A stretch of DNA of 64,000 nucleotides from Podarcis tiliguerta (Eukaryota), in NCBI GenBank assembly GCA_965153285.1, contig OZ229114.1; one strand, given 5' to 3'. Below the pieces are notes generated by a model, which did no database searches, had not been told where the DNA came from, and saw only the letters and a program-made list of their open reading frames with translations. How positions within the stretch are numbered: the stretch's first letter is position 1; each line of letters begins with the position of its first letter. Position numbers and translations under genes: made by a program. Shown here one piece after another: positions 41,094 to 53,850 of this stretch.

Positions 41094-43116
41094 TACATTT
41101 TTATATGTCCATATGGAGCAAGTGTATATTTGGTGGACTTTCAAACATAAATAGAAGCATTTATTAGATGTTTCACAAGACAATCCTAACCATTTTAAAA
41201 TCAGACACAAGTTGCATAGATTTCAGTAGGCTTACTCCTAAGTAAGGTTAGGATTGCAATCAGGAAGAGTAATCCATACCCCCCCACACACACCTTGCAC
41301 CAAACTGGGAGGGGAAACGGGCAGAGGTGTCCCTCCATCCAGCATTTCCAGCTAAACTGGTTGCGTGCTAAGCATGCAGGTGCACAGGCCACTGGTGGGA
41401 TCCCCACCAGTGATAGCCAGTGGATGCAGAGGTGAGGGGGGCTGGGACATAAGTAGCCAGGAACCCATTGGATCTCAAGCCAGTTTCACAGCCATTCCAC
41501 TCTAGCTCCATGCTAGTGCAGCTGTCAGCAATACGATTGCTTTGCCCCTCATTTTCTGCCCCAGATGCTGTGAGCAGAAGATGCTGAGGTGGTGACCTCA
41601 CTGCTCCATTCAGCACCACAGGCTGGCCAGTGGAGGCAGGATTAGGATTACAGCCTACATATCTTTGCACAATGAAATATTTTTCCCTGATCTTGAATGG
41701 CAACGTGTTTCCTGCATGTGGATTTCTAAATCTGGCCCTGATTTCTGTTGTATGACCGTCCTGTTACTGATATTTCCTTCATAGTGAGAATTCCTTTGGT
41801 GGAATGTCAAGAGGTCATTTAATGGGGTTGATTGAGCAAGGTTTAAAACAATTAGGGTTATTATTATTTTTTCCATTTTTCATTTTAAATAGCACTTACT
41901 GAATTTTGAGAGTCTGGGTAATACACACACAAAAAATGTAGAAAACTGGCCAGCCAAATGGAACAGGTTGACATTATTGGCAATATCTTTCATGAAGCAT
42001 TTTTAAATGTTAGCAGTGCAGTTCTTTAAAACACACACACACACGAATAAGTTTGACAAACATCTTTAAAGACCTCAATTAGTTTTGAATGCTTGTGTTT
42101 AATCAAAATCCAGGAGCCTGGGCCACCACCATCCTACTTCATAGAAGATCTTATTGAGCTAGATTGCACTTACTCAACAAGTGATGTGAGACTCCCCATT
42201 TAACAGAATGTTTTCAGAGCTTATTCTACCCTGATGCTTTTGCCAAAACTGGGATTACTATATTTTGTTGCTGGCACAGTGATGCTCCAGAGGCAGATCT
42301 GTTGCATATGCATTGGGGATGCAGCATAATTAATCCATAATGGACTGAAGTAGCAAGACGTATCAACTTGGTTTTGGTCATTGTTTGGGTCTGACAGCAG
42401 TATATCTAATGTCGGGCTATTTTCCAAATATCAGGGCCCTCAGTAAATATTAGAAAGCTTGGATTCCTGGAACTGCCTTGATTGCTAAGTGGATTGCTTT
42501 AAGAGCTTGGCAAGCTAAATTTCTGCTGAGCCACAAATGGGGGTTATTGGAAATATCAGCTTTAGCAACCAATGAAAAATGTTCATATAAGAAAGCAGGT
42601 GTTTGAGCTGATGTCTTTTCTGCAGTGCTTCAATTTTAGGGTTAGCAATGATGCTCTATTGGAATCCTTTCTCTCCTTTTACTCTGTTTTATACAAAACA
42701 TTCCTCTTTCTTTTTTTCAGAATGTGGTAAGAATGAACACTGGATAAAGTGAAAATACTTCTTGTATTATTTTGTGACAGTAGGAATATGATATGTGTAT
42801 TTATCTGGAGTTCATTATTCATTGTGTAAACTGCATCAAAAACCAAGAAAAAGACCAAATTTGAAAAAACAACAACACCAATGTATCTCTTTTAATTTTG
42901 ATTTATATTGAGACAGAGATCTAATCTGGGCTGGGACTCAAACAGCCAAGTGTCAAACAGAATTAAAGGAAACTTGACAGAACCAAATGTTTTGAAAATA
43001 ATTGTGACAGCTAATTCTGCTATTTATACTAAACATTCTTTTTAAAGGCTACAATCCTGCTTGATTATATAGAGAGCAGGGATGCTGCTTTTAATTTTTC
43101 CTGCTTTTAAAGATTA

Positions 43117-43731
43117 CCATATTTTTCGCCCCATAGGACGCACCAGCCCATAGGACGCACCTAGTTTTTTTTGGGGGGGGGGAATAAAGGGGAAAAAAGT
43201 TATTTCCCCCCCAGGCACGGGGCTGGGACAGGGGATGCCCAAGCTTCCCCCGACCCCAGCCCCCAGAACAGGCTGCTATCCGCAAGCCTAGGGAGCCCGG
43301 CGGGAAGTTGCGCTGGTCTCCCCAGGCTTGCGGATATCTGTCCCCCGAGCTTGTGGGGCTGGCGCAGTGCCAGCCTCCAAACCAGGTCGGGGAACAGCAG
43401 GATGGCGGCGCTCCGCCTCTCCGCTGTCCCCCGAGCTTGTGGGGCTGCCCGATATCTGCACGAAGCCCGGGGTGCGCTGTGCAGCACGCCCCAGGCTTCG
43501 GGATGCAGGCTGCTATCCGCAAGCCTTGGGAGCCCAACGGGAACTCCCACGGAGCTCCCAAGGCTTGCGGATAGCTTCCTGAAGCCTGGAGAGCGAGATG
43601 GGTCGGTGCGCACCGACCCCTCTCGCTCTCCAGGCTTCAGCGAAAGCCTGCATTCGCCCCATAGGACACACACAAATTTCCCTTTCATTTTTGGAGGGGG
43701 AAAAGTGTGTCTTATAGGGCAAAAAATACGG
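43117..43731. mobile_element. Young Tc2/pogo-like non-autonomous DNA transposon with GC-rich hairpin interior
   Basis: TIR cc(a/g)tattttt(c/t)gccc(c/t)ata(g/a)gac; TA TSD; CpG-rich. Confidence 0.85.
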
Positions 43732-44741
43732 TAATTTCTTCAGGTTTTCAGGATTGTGGGAAATGAAGGTGGCTGCACAATAAATTCAATGATAAGTACA
43801 TAAAGCTGCATTACTGGAATCCAATGCAGTCAACACCATCTGTTCCAAGGCTTACCTGGATTGTCCCGCCAATTCAGCAAGCAAGAGCCACATATAACTG
43901 ACATGGATGTGTAGCCTCCTCAATGTGTAGTTGAATATCCTGCTGAAATGGTTGGATTCATCTTTCAATGAGGTTACATGTCAACCACCAGGTGCCACTA
44001 CTATTTACCTACCTTCTTACTTAATTTATAGGCCACTTTATAACAAACATTTCTCAGGGCTGCTTGCAACTAGATGTTGTATGAATGTTGCCCATGATTG
44101 TAAGTGGCTCAGGGCCTGTTTTCTCATGTTCTCGGTTCAGTGCTGTAACATACCATCCAGAACGTTCCCTCTTCCCATCTTGGTAGACAAGTGAGGGCTT
44201 TTGTGGGCTCATCAACTCACACTTCTGAATTGCTGAAGCAGCACTCCCCATCTCTGAAATAAACGCTGCTTTAACAAGCCTCCAATGTGAATGGTAAATA
44301 TCTTTGAATCAAGCATGTCAGTTTTTAAATTGTTTATTCTCTTATCAGTCCCATGAACATATGCTTTATGGAGCATTCATTGCTGCGGCTATTTGCCAGT
44401 TTTGTATTATTGTCAATGGATATAATATTCATCATCAGTTTGTGTGCTGCAAAGAGTGAAATCATTATTCACCAACATTTACTTATGACAATCTAATCCT
44501 TCTGAGCCTGACCATACAATGACACAGCTGGCATTCTCCCAGCTTAAACAATGGGTGGAAAGGCACATCAATGGAACCTTGGAGAAGCTATCTCGAAAGA
44601 AAGAAAATAACAAGAATAACACAACTGAGGGAGAAATTGGAGTAAAACAAAGATATGCTGGATGCTGAGAAGTATCCTGATAAGGGTTGCTAACTCTCCC
44701 ATAATAATAATAGTACTACTGCTTATTTCAGTAATACATTC

Positions 44742-45148
44742 TGTCAGGGAACTGCCATCGGCAGGACAGGAGGTGCCAAGGCTCTCTGAGGTAGAGAGAG
44801 ACTTGACACCTGAAGAGGGAACCAGTAGGGGGCGAACAGGAACGTCAAGGGAAGGGGAGTCGGAGGAATGGCTCAGAGATGCTTCCAGTGAAAACAGTGG
44901 GGAAGTCTCAGGGCCCCCTATAGGAACACCCGTTCCTCGGCGGAAACTGTCACGCAGAGAGTCCAGAAGACGTGTTTCCGTTAAGGAGCTTTTATGTTGG
45001 AAACGTTTCCGAAAGCAGCCACTTTCGGATTCTGCTAGCGACTGACGCAGCCATGCTGGAGGGGCTCCGTCACAGGCAGAGGTTTGAGAAGCGGTTCAAA
45101 CTCTGAGGGATTGCAATTTACACACAAGCAGCTCTTCATCCCATCACA
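44742..45148 (+). mobile_element. Solo LTR (Gypsy-like)
   Basis: TGTCA...TCACA termini; exact 5-bp TSD cattc (44737-44741 and 45149-45153); 5' end resembles the 31090-31775 LTR. Confidence 0.85.
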
Positions 45149-46068
45149 CATTCATTAAAGTGTATGCAAATTTTTAACTTCCCAATGCCTAACAAAGGCA
45201 GAACTGAAATTTTGCCACTGCTATCACAAGCAACAACCATTGCAGATTTGTTTAAAATCAGACTGCTTAGAGCTTTCTCATGAGCAACATATAGAAATTA
45301 GAAAAGCAATAAGGAGAATTATGTGCAGAAATGCTTAACGCAGAATTGGGGATCAGGGAGAGGAATCAGGAATTGGACAAGGCACCTATTGATACCTATA
45401 CAAATTTCTTAAAAAATAAAATAATCCATGACACCTGGTTTTCTGCATATTCATGCAGCCCTTAAGAAAAAGTGCAAGGCTCACAATAGCAATACTCCAC
45501 AATTTCAATAACATTTATTTTGGACACTATGTGTTCCCTTCCTCAAGCAGGACAGTGAATATATTTTTCTTTTCTTTTCTTTTAAATAAAAAGGAGCCTG
45601 AACACTCTTTATTTTCTATAGCTTACTTTTGCAAGAGACATTAGTGCTCTGCTTCTTTTCCATATCAAAGCTATATGCCTTAAAGCAAGGCTCCCACTCA
45701 CCTTCATTATGTTCATAAAGCTATCAAGCACTGAAGCAGGATCAGCTAGTGCCACAATAAAAAGTAAGGAAGATGTCACACTTGCTGCTCTGTTTAAATA
45801 GCTCTATACATAGTGCAACCTAACTTTTCACTAAAGGGTTTATACTGTCTGCTAGAACACATCCTGCTAAGGTACAAGTGGCAAAGGAACACAACAATTG
45901 TCTGTATGGAATAAGGTTGGTGGAGGTGAATCAGGCTATGTTGTTGAAGCGTCAGGGAAGATGGTTTGTAATCCTTCCACAGGGCTTTCAGAGTGGTTTT
46001 CCATAGAGTCAGAGGGTGCTAACTTTGGCAAGGTAAGGGAGGGCAGGATAAGGCAGCGGTAATCCCTT

Positions 46069-46420
46069 GGGATGCGGGTGGCGCTGTGGTCTAAACCAGA
46101 GCCTAGGGCTTGCCGATCAGAAGGTCAGCGGTTCGAATCCCTGTGATGGGGTGAGCTCCCGTTGCTCAGTCCCTGCTCCTGCCAACGTAGCAGTTCAAAA
46201 GCACGTCAAAGTGCAAGTAGATAAATAGGTACCACTACGGCGGGAAGGTAACGGCGTTTCTGTGTGCTGCTCTGGTTCGCCAGAAACGGCTTAGTCATGC
46301 TGGCCACGTGACCCAGAAGCTGTACGTTGGCTCCCTTGGCCAATAAAGCGAGATGAGCACCACAACCCCAGAGTCGTCTGCGACTGACCTAACGGTCAGG
46401 GGTCCCTTTACCTTTACCTT
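46069..46420 (+). mobile_element. Full-length Sauria SINE
   Basis: Complete head (A/B boxes), core and (ACCTTT)n tail; TSD taatccctt at 46060-46068 and 46421-46429. Confidence 0.96.
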
Positions 46421-49400
46421 TAATCCCTTGGGATCCAGCAAATCCCTTTCCTGAATGTAACCGTTATCCTTTCCCCACACACACCTATCTCTCTGTTAGC
46501 TTAAAAGGCCCTTCATCAAAGGCTCTTTCCTAGGAACCCCTGCTTTTGGAGGCTAGGTGGATGACAACCATTGAGATGCTTTTTAGCTTAGCACCTATCC
46601 TTATTTTTTTTTAAGGCTTTTATAAACTGCAGTTGGGTTGTTTTAGTCTGTCCCTGCTGCCTGTTGGTGCCACTGTGTTTTATCTTGTTTTTTATTGACT
46701 AGTGGTTGTTCTACCTTTCTATAATTTGAAGGGACTGTAATGCTGTCATGAGAATAATGTTTACAGGAAGTGTGGGGTGTAGGTTGTCTATATTTCTTTG
46801 CCAACTGTATCAGGACTTTCTACCGGTTCTATACTTTATAATGCCAGTGATGATTCTGGAAGCCAGTGCCTCCCTACACCATGTATTTCCTACTGGGTAT
46901 AGCACTGCATACGGCCAGAAATGTTTTCCAACACCTAATCATGTTCCAAGAAAATGCTGATGAAAATTCCAAAATACTTCAGTTCCTATTCAATGTGTAA
47001 AGTATCAGATTTCCTTGATCTAGGCTGCACAGATTATTATGACCTGACCAGTGCTGGCAAAAACAATCTAACCTTTACCCCAAGACTTCTATATCCATGT
47101 TACTCTTAAAAAGATGAAATCATGTTTAACACTCAACATCAACCTGACCTTTGAACACATCAGTATTTCTTGGAAAATTATTATGGGCAGGATGCCTACC
47201 ACAGTAAACAATATTAGCTGCTCCAACCCATTGTTGACTCATGCTGGGTTCTGGCTTATCAAAATAAGAGGTTAGAAACCAGCAGGGACCAGAGATCTTC
47301 TGACAAACTCCACAGGATATGAAGAACAATGTAAATGCTCCAGCCCTGGCAGATATATTTCTACATTACTGTTCCAGAGATAACAGCTAAGGTGAATCAT
47401 TTCCCACCACCTACAGTACCAAATGATTTCAAATTCTGAAGGGACCATATTTATTTCATTGGTAGCTAGCAATTTACTTACCCGAAGATCATTATATTTA
47501 TGTGTCTGTGAAATCCTCACAATAATTATACATTTGAGCTGTCTCAGAAGTGCTATATATATTCTCATTAGTCATGTACTTCCAAGGATATTATCATTTT
47601 TCCTCCAACAACCTTTGCGATACAAGTGGAAAGGACTTTACTGCACATGAATCTGGATTCTTATAGGCTTTAAAAAAAGCTTCTAGTTTAATCAAACAGC
47701 AGGGTAGCTCATATTCACATGCAAATGCTGGAAACAGTGTTGGGATAAAAGAACTTGATTTTTTTTCTAAATGACTTCACTGGTTGCATTTATTTAAAAA
47801 CAAGTCACACTGCGTAATATGAGGGAGAGAATGTGAAGAAAGTTTTCATTCCGTAATACTTTCAAAAGAGGTTATAGGAATAATTTGGATAAGGTTAAAC
47901 TGATTGGCTGGGATCCATAAAGCCCTGTGCACAAATGAAAAGCACTTCCATGCATGCATGGTCTGTTTTTTTTTTTGTGAATAGCTAATTTCCCATTCTA
48001 GTTGTAACCTCTTGTGCTGCATCATAACCCACTCTGGGGACCTCCTCAAGTTTCGGGTGGGGAGGGGAGCACCATGAGACTGAAGCATATCTAGGTGCTT
48101 ACCTTGCATTCTTCTGATGGCCTTTTTTTGGAAGGGGGGCAGTATGATCGATGTTATTCCTAGTTTTTTGAACTGCACTCCACTTCGACTATGTCTTGGA
48201 AGGAGAGCAACATGGCACAGAAGAATTGTGGCCACATTACCTCATGGGCGATTGCACAGTGCTGGCCTCCTGCTGGCCATAAAAATGGGCTCGTAATGGC
48301 AGGAGTGTTCATTTTCAATCACATTACTGAGACTTTGTTTCATTACTTATAGTTGTGCATAAAACGTTACAATAGAATACACACTTACATGGAGTAAGTC
48401 CCTTTGAACTCAAGGTAGTTTATTTCTGAGTAAACATGTGTAAGATTGCACTGAGTGGCAAACACCAAACAATTTTAAACTAGTTGTGTTGAGCTCAGAT
48501 TTAGACTGCTTGTGCAGTGGTGCATAAAATATGAACATTAAAAGGCATAGTGACTGCTGAGAGGAAAGGAACACAGCAATGTTAGATTCTGGGGAAAATC
48601 CATCAGTGTGGTTTATTTGCATACTGGAATCAGAAGGGGATTGATTTTGCATGCTTATTGATTTGGGTGTTTTTTGATTAATTATGAGTCTAGGACATAT
48701 TCAGAGAGTGGACTGAGATTTGGCATCCCTTTAAAATCGAAGAAGTTTGAATTTATAGGCATTTCAGTTATGCAAATAAGGGGATATACACATGCATTTT
48801 ATTAGACTTTAGTTGTATCAAAGCCCCAAGAACATTGTGCTGTATACTCAGGATAATTTGGGGGCTATGCTTAATACAAAAATGCTGCATAACAATTACT
48901 TTCTTCTTCATTATGAATGATTTCCACTATATCACCTTGGACACGAGAACAAGCTTGAATTCCCACCGCATGTAATTTATTATTACTGCTGTAGATATTG
49001 TTTTGTGTTAGAGTGCATAAAGTATTTCTAGAAATATATTGCAAAAAATCTACAGGGGAGGAAATGGCAAAATAAAACTGCTTCAGAAGTTATTGCGTTT
49101 TTATAATAGATCAGCACATTATTCCCATAGTAAAGCACTTTAAGAAAATAGGCTGGACGTTTTCATCAGAAAAAGCTTTTTTGCAAGCACATTATATACA
49201 GACCTTGTGGTGATGACATGGTACACATATTTAACATAAATTACATATGTGAGATATTCAAGAATCTAGAGAATAAACTCTGGTGGTTTAAGATTATTAT
49301 TTTTTAAAACAAAAAACCAATTTAAACTAGCCTGGAAGTTACACCATTTGGCTTCTAAGCCTTTCCCCTAATTCCAGATATGTGAGAGTTTACTATGACT

Positions 49401-52400
49401 CAATATGAGGAAAAGGGGTTCTGTACATGCTTAGAACCGTTTTCCTTTTTAGAGATGAGCTATAGCACTGAAAACAGAACCCATGTTGCCCTGGCTCAAA
49501 TTAAAACAAAGGTAAATAAACCTAGAATTACAGTGCAATCTAATGCATATCTACACTTAGAAGTCCCACTGTGTTTGTGGATTTACTCCCCAATATGTGT
49601 GCATAGGGTTGCTTAGCCCATGTAGTAAACAGAGAGAAGTCTCTTCTGCCATTTTTCTTACAGACTGAGTTCTAAACAATTTCAGCTTGAAGACTGTGAA
49701 ACTGGAACCCAGCTCCATTTCCCACACCACTTTTTCAGAACTATGACTAAATCATTCCCTCTGCTTCCATATGAAAACAAACTCAGATTATTGGAACGGT
49801 CATATTGTTACACAAATTATGGGGCAACCTCATCATCAGGGTGCAGAAATATTTTGTGTTGGTTGAAAAAGTGATGGACATAGAGTTTGATTTCAAATAG
49901 TTACCTCTGCATGCCACATCTCGAGTCAAGAGGGGCAACAGGTAAGTCATGAGCAGTAGCCTAATTCCACTGGTGAGTTCCCTTAGAAAAATGCTTGGGG
50001 ATCATTGTATATCAACTCAGCATTATTAGTATGATTACTAATTACAACAGCAGTGACGGTGCAATGCCAACTCACTAAGCTCTCCTTTTAGAAATCAACA
50101 TGGGTATTTCATTCCCCACCATGCTAATATAGGTGGTTCTCCTGCTGCTCCTCGGTAAATTCAACATGCTCAACTTGCTGGATCCCACAAGACCAAAACT
50201 CAAGTTTACTAAATGTACAAAAGGCTTTACCATCATGTATGCATTTATATGATAAACAGGAACCCACAATTTACTCTTTAAATATATTAGAATTGGAAAA
50301 TGTTTAAGGAATCTAGATTATGGAGAAGTAGATAGAGTTAACAAAGCTAGACTCTTTTCTTGCTGTTGCAAAACATGAATTTTGCTTTATTCACTTGTAA
50401 CTCTAAACCCCAGATAAACATTACAAATGTAGCAAGAATGCATTTCTTCCTTCTGTAGGAGGACCAAGATTGCCCTCCTGAGTGTGCCAAACAGCATGGG
50501 GTACTTCACATATTATGTGATTGGCGTGCACTTTACTTTGGAATCTGCTTGGGGATGAAATTGTTGGCTAATGCTGTGGAAATTTTGATTCTGCAATAGA
50601 CAGGCTGCTTTTATCTGCCTTGAAACAAGAAATCACTTTCTTTTAATGATGCCACGCTCTTGGCTTTGCCACTGTTTTAATGATGTCATTAATTGTTTTT
50701 TGTTTCAAAATGTTGTGCAACAGCACCCCAAGCATCTCGATAGGGGGCCCCTTTACAAACAAAATCATCATCATCATTATTTCAGTAGCTACTGAGGAAA
50801 TGTACTAAATTATTTTGGAAAACTTCCACAATAACTTATCTTGACATGACATTTCCACTGTGTATCGATGGAGGGGATTTTTATATGGATTGGGAAGAAG
50901 CTAATGTTGTACTGTTTACAGTATATTGTGATCCACCTTTACAAAAAAAAGTAAGGGCAAAATGTATCTACTGGCATTTAGATTATAAAGAGAGATGCAT
51001 GTGATGCCAACTTAATGGAATCGTCATGCTTGTGTACCTGCTTGCTATTTTGACATTTTATGGCTTCTGTTTCATGCCATGGTATGGTTTTTGGCTAAAG
51101 GTGTGAAATCCTTAACCTTATATGTATTAGAAAATTGTTGTCCTTTGAGTGTGACCAGGATGCTTGCATGCACAGTAATTATTTTCATATAGTAATATAC
51201 AACCCACGAATCATTTATGGAACCTTGAGGGTGAGTAACACCCAGTAGGTGTTGGCAGCTATGTTGCAGAACCAGCTAATGTGAAACTGCCAGGCCAATA
51301 TTTTCAAAAAATAAATGACACCATGGAGATGTGGTACATATATTATAAACTGTTACAGTGCCATGATATTTTGCAGTATGGCATCCATGTAGAGAGAGCT
51401 CTTGTGTTCCAGAATAAATAATATTGCCACAAAATAAGTGGCACCAGGCCAATCTTAGGATGAGTTGTCATCCTGAATAGAGAAAAATATACATTTCATT
51501 CATAGGTCTCCTCAGTTAAAACATCTGAAAACTCCCAACTACGCAAAGTATCCTTTACAACTTCGCATGTAAGCAAATGGGGAAGGAGTATAGCACGAGT
51601 TGCACTGATATGCCTCCCACTTTCCTCAAAGCTCTAAACAGCTTTAAAGATGATTGATCAGATGCTATCTTTACCGACACATCTCATCCTGGCAGGGACA
51701 TGACAGAGGCATGGGCAACATCCCATGTATTCACACAGGTTGTTAAACCGATTGCCAGATGGAGGTAGAGATAGCTCAAGCCTCCAGAGACACGGTGAAA
51801 AATCTTGATGTTTTAGAGCGAAAACTAAAGTTATTTTATATTCAAGGCAAACATAAAATGTGTTTCCCTTTTCCAAATACACTGATCCTTTTTTAAAAAA
51901 ACAACACCCAGCTGTATAAATGCAACCACTCATCCAATTCCTGTTGCTTTAATGCCACTTAGCTTCTTAAAATAATTTCAGATCCAGGGGAGGAAAGTAG
52001 AATGATAAAGGTGGTGTTTGCTCATCTTTAAAAGCCTATTGTAAATCCACACTGGAATGTGGTTTAGTAGCGTCTTCACATGGAAAATTTATTCTGTTGA
52101 ATGTTCAGCAGGTAAAAGTTGCTGAGGCTCAGAGAGAGAGCTTCTCTCAGGCCTGACAGGAGCTGAAATATTAGGATTGGCATGGCCTTTTGAAAACCAC
52201 AGATAATCGTTTGCAGCTGAAGAATTTAAAGCAAAGGACCTATCTGCATGGCTTTTGGGAAATCGCCCCAGAATGGACCGCTTGGTATTTGGATACTCGA
52301 CAAATGAAGTCTGATAAATGGTATGCTTGTCAGTACTGCTTGGAATGGGTTCATGGGCCAAAAAAAGGTAGCTTTCTGAATTGTGTTGGCATGTCTCGCG

Positions 52401-53159
52401 TTGAAACTTCCTTAGTCCTAGTCCCTAAAAGAGATGAAAGAAAACACATATACTTCAGGTTTTTCTCACTGTTTAAGGTAGCTAACAATATACCCTAATT
52501 ACAGAACCATCACAGAATGTTTTATTAGCATATTTGGGAGCGCATCTTGATAATTGCAGATAAACAATTAATTTCTAAAGATATCATTCTCATCTGATAT
52601 ATAGGAGAAGTGAATACACGTCAACAAACTGAAGCACAGTTGTGTACAACACCGAATCACACATCAGGGAACCAAGGCTAATTTAATTTTCCTTAGTGAA
52701 AAAAGATGTAGAGTTGCCTCACTCAGTGTGGAGTAGACACAAGTATACACTGTGGGTGGAATTCAACTAACTTATGCAGAGTGAACCTACTGAAATGAAT
52801 AGACCAAACTTAGTCATACTCATTAATTTTGATGAGTTTACTCTAAGTAGGCCTAGCATTGAACTCCACCCTACATTTTAATGCTGACCTGCTTCTACAG
52901 CAATGTGTGAGGCAGCCCTTACTGACACCATTGAGTCTGACATTTTGATCAAGGTTAGGCTGGACAGCTATATAATTCATAAAAGCAAGCATTTATTTCC
53001 ATTCTTCTGATTAAGGACAATTTTTGTGCACTTCTAAGAGCTATGTTAAGGGCAAGCAATCTGTCTTAAGTCTTGCAACGAGACAAGATATAACTTTAGC
53101 AGAGAAATAAACATAAATAAACAAGCAAACTCATTAAAATGTATCACACTTTAGCATTG

Positions 53160-53850
53160 CATCAGACTGCTCTCTGGAGGAAATGATGGGACCAATAAAC
53201 TGAAGCTGAATCCCCAAAAGACAGGTGTCTTGTGGGTAGGTTGTCCTTAAAGCCAGGAATTTGGTAGATGGCCTGTTATGGCCAGAGCTGCATTCCTTCT
53301 GATGGAACTTGTGCACAATACGTGGGTGTTCTTGGCCTCATCTTTGTTAGTGGAAGCTAGTGCCTGGCTGATCTACTCGCTAAGGCCATTCCTGGACAGA
53401 TAGCTCAGCCACAGTGACCTGGTAACTTCCAGAATACTTAGTGCTCTACCTGGAGCTGCCTGTGAAAATGATTTGTGAACTGTAGCTGGTACAGAATCCT
53501 GTGACAATAGTATTTATTGACTCGCTTGTCTAGTTGTACTCTTATAAAACCCATTCTGAAGAACCTATATTGGCTGCCTGTCTTATACTGAGCCAAAGTT
53601 CTGAAGCCACTTAATAAAGCTCTAAATTACTTAGGACCTAGGTTCATCTCCCTGTAAATTGCACCTGGCCATTAAGATTTGCTGGGGATGGCTACTTGTC
53701 AAACCATCTTTGAGTGAAGGTCATACCTCTTCAATTAATGAAAAGGCCTTCCCAGTGGTAGCTACCAAACTATGTAATGTCCTATAGCTGGAAGGCTAGA
53801 TGGTGCTACTACTGGCTGTAGGTACCAGCTAAAAACTTTTTAGCCCAGCT
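53160..53850 (+). mobile_element. Degraded L2-type LINE 3' portion
   Basis: KLKLNPQKT motif followed by typical L2 C-terminal remnants (gctggtacagaat, tattggctgcct, aggccttcccagtggtagc). Confidence 0.75.

Larger units (their letters stand above)
37280..52498 (+). pseudogene. Intron-containing pseudogene of a divergent PKDCC/VLK-family secretory-pathway kinase
   Basis: Candidate exons: ~37280-37447; 38259-38476; 40122-~40243 (TM-like ILIGFFVSICLC*ILLYLVL); 42721-42726; ~47164-47391 (ISCSN..MLGSGLSK*); ~48518-48600 (LKGIV/LLRGKEHSNVRFWG); 49664-49941 (CETG..YENKLR/IGTVILLHKLWGNLIIRVQKYFVLVEKVMD); 50459-~50600 (DCPPE..LC..GICLGMKLLAN); 51506-51568 (GLLS*NI..QLRKV); 52151-52320 (Y*DW..). The motifs from 47.1 kb onward are colinear with PKDCC; many stops and frameshifts. 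Assignment of the 5' exons is weaker. Confidence 0.6.

Noticed and set aside
43091-43734. Six overlapping ORFs up to 187 aa
   Set aside because: They lie within a GC-rich palindromic MITE; scarcity of stop codons explains them.
46069-46145. tRNA-like A/B boxes
   Set aside because: SINE heads, not tRNA genes; the same applies at ~2800, ~18540 and ~21055.
50459-50570. LCDWRALYFGICLGMK resembles DIPK1/FAM69 exon 3 (LCVTETLYFGKCLSTK)
   Set aside because: In FAM69 this motif precedes the kinase core; here it follows it. The surrounding motifs fit the PKDCC post-kinase Cys region better.
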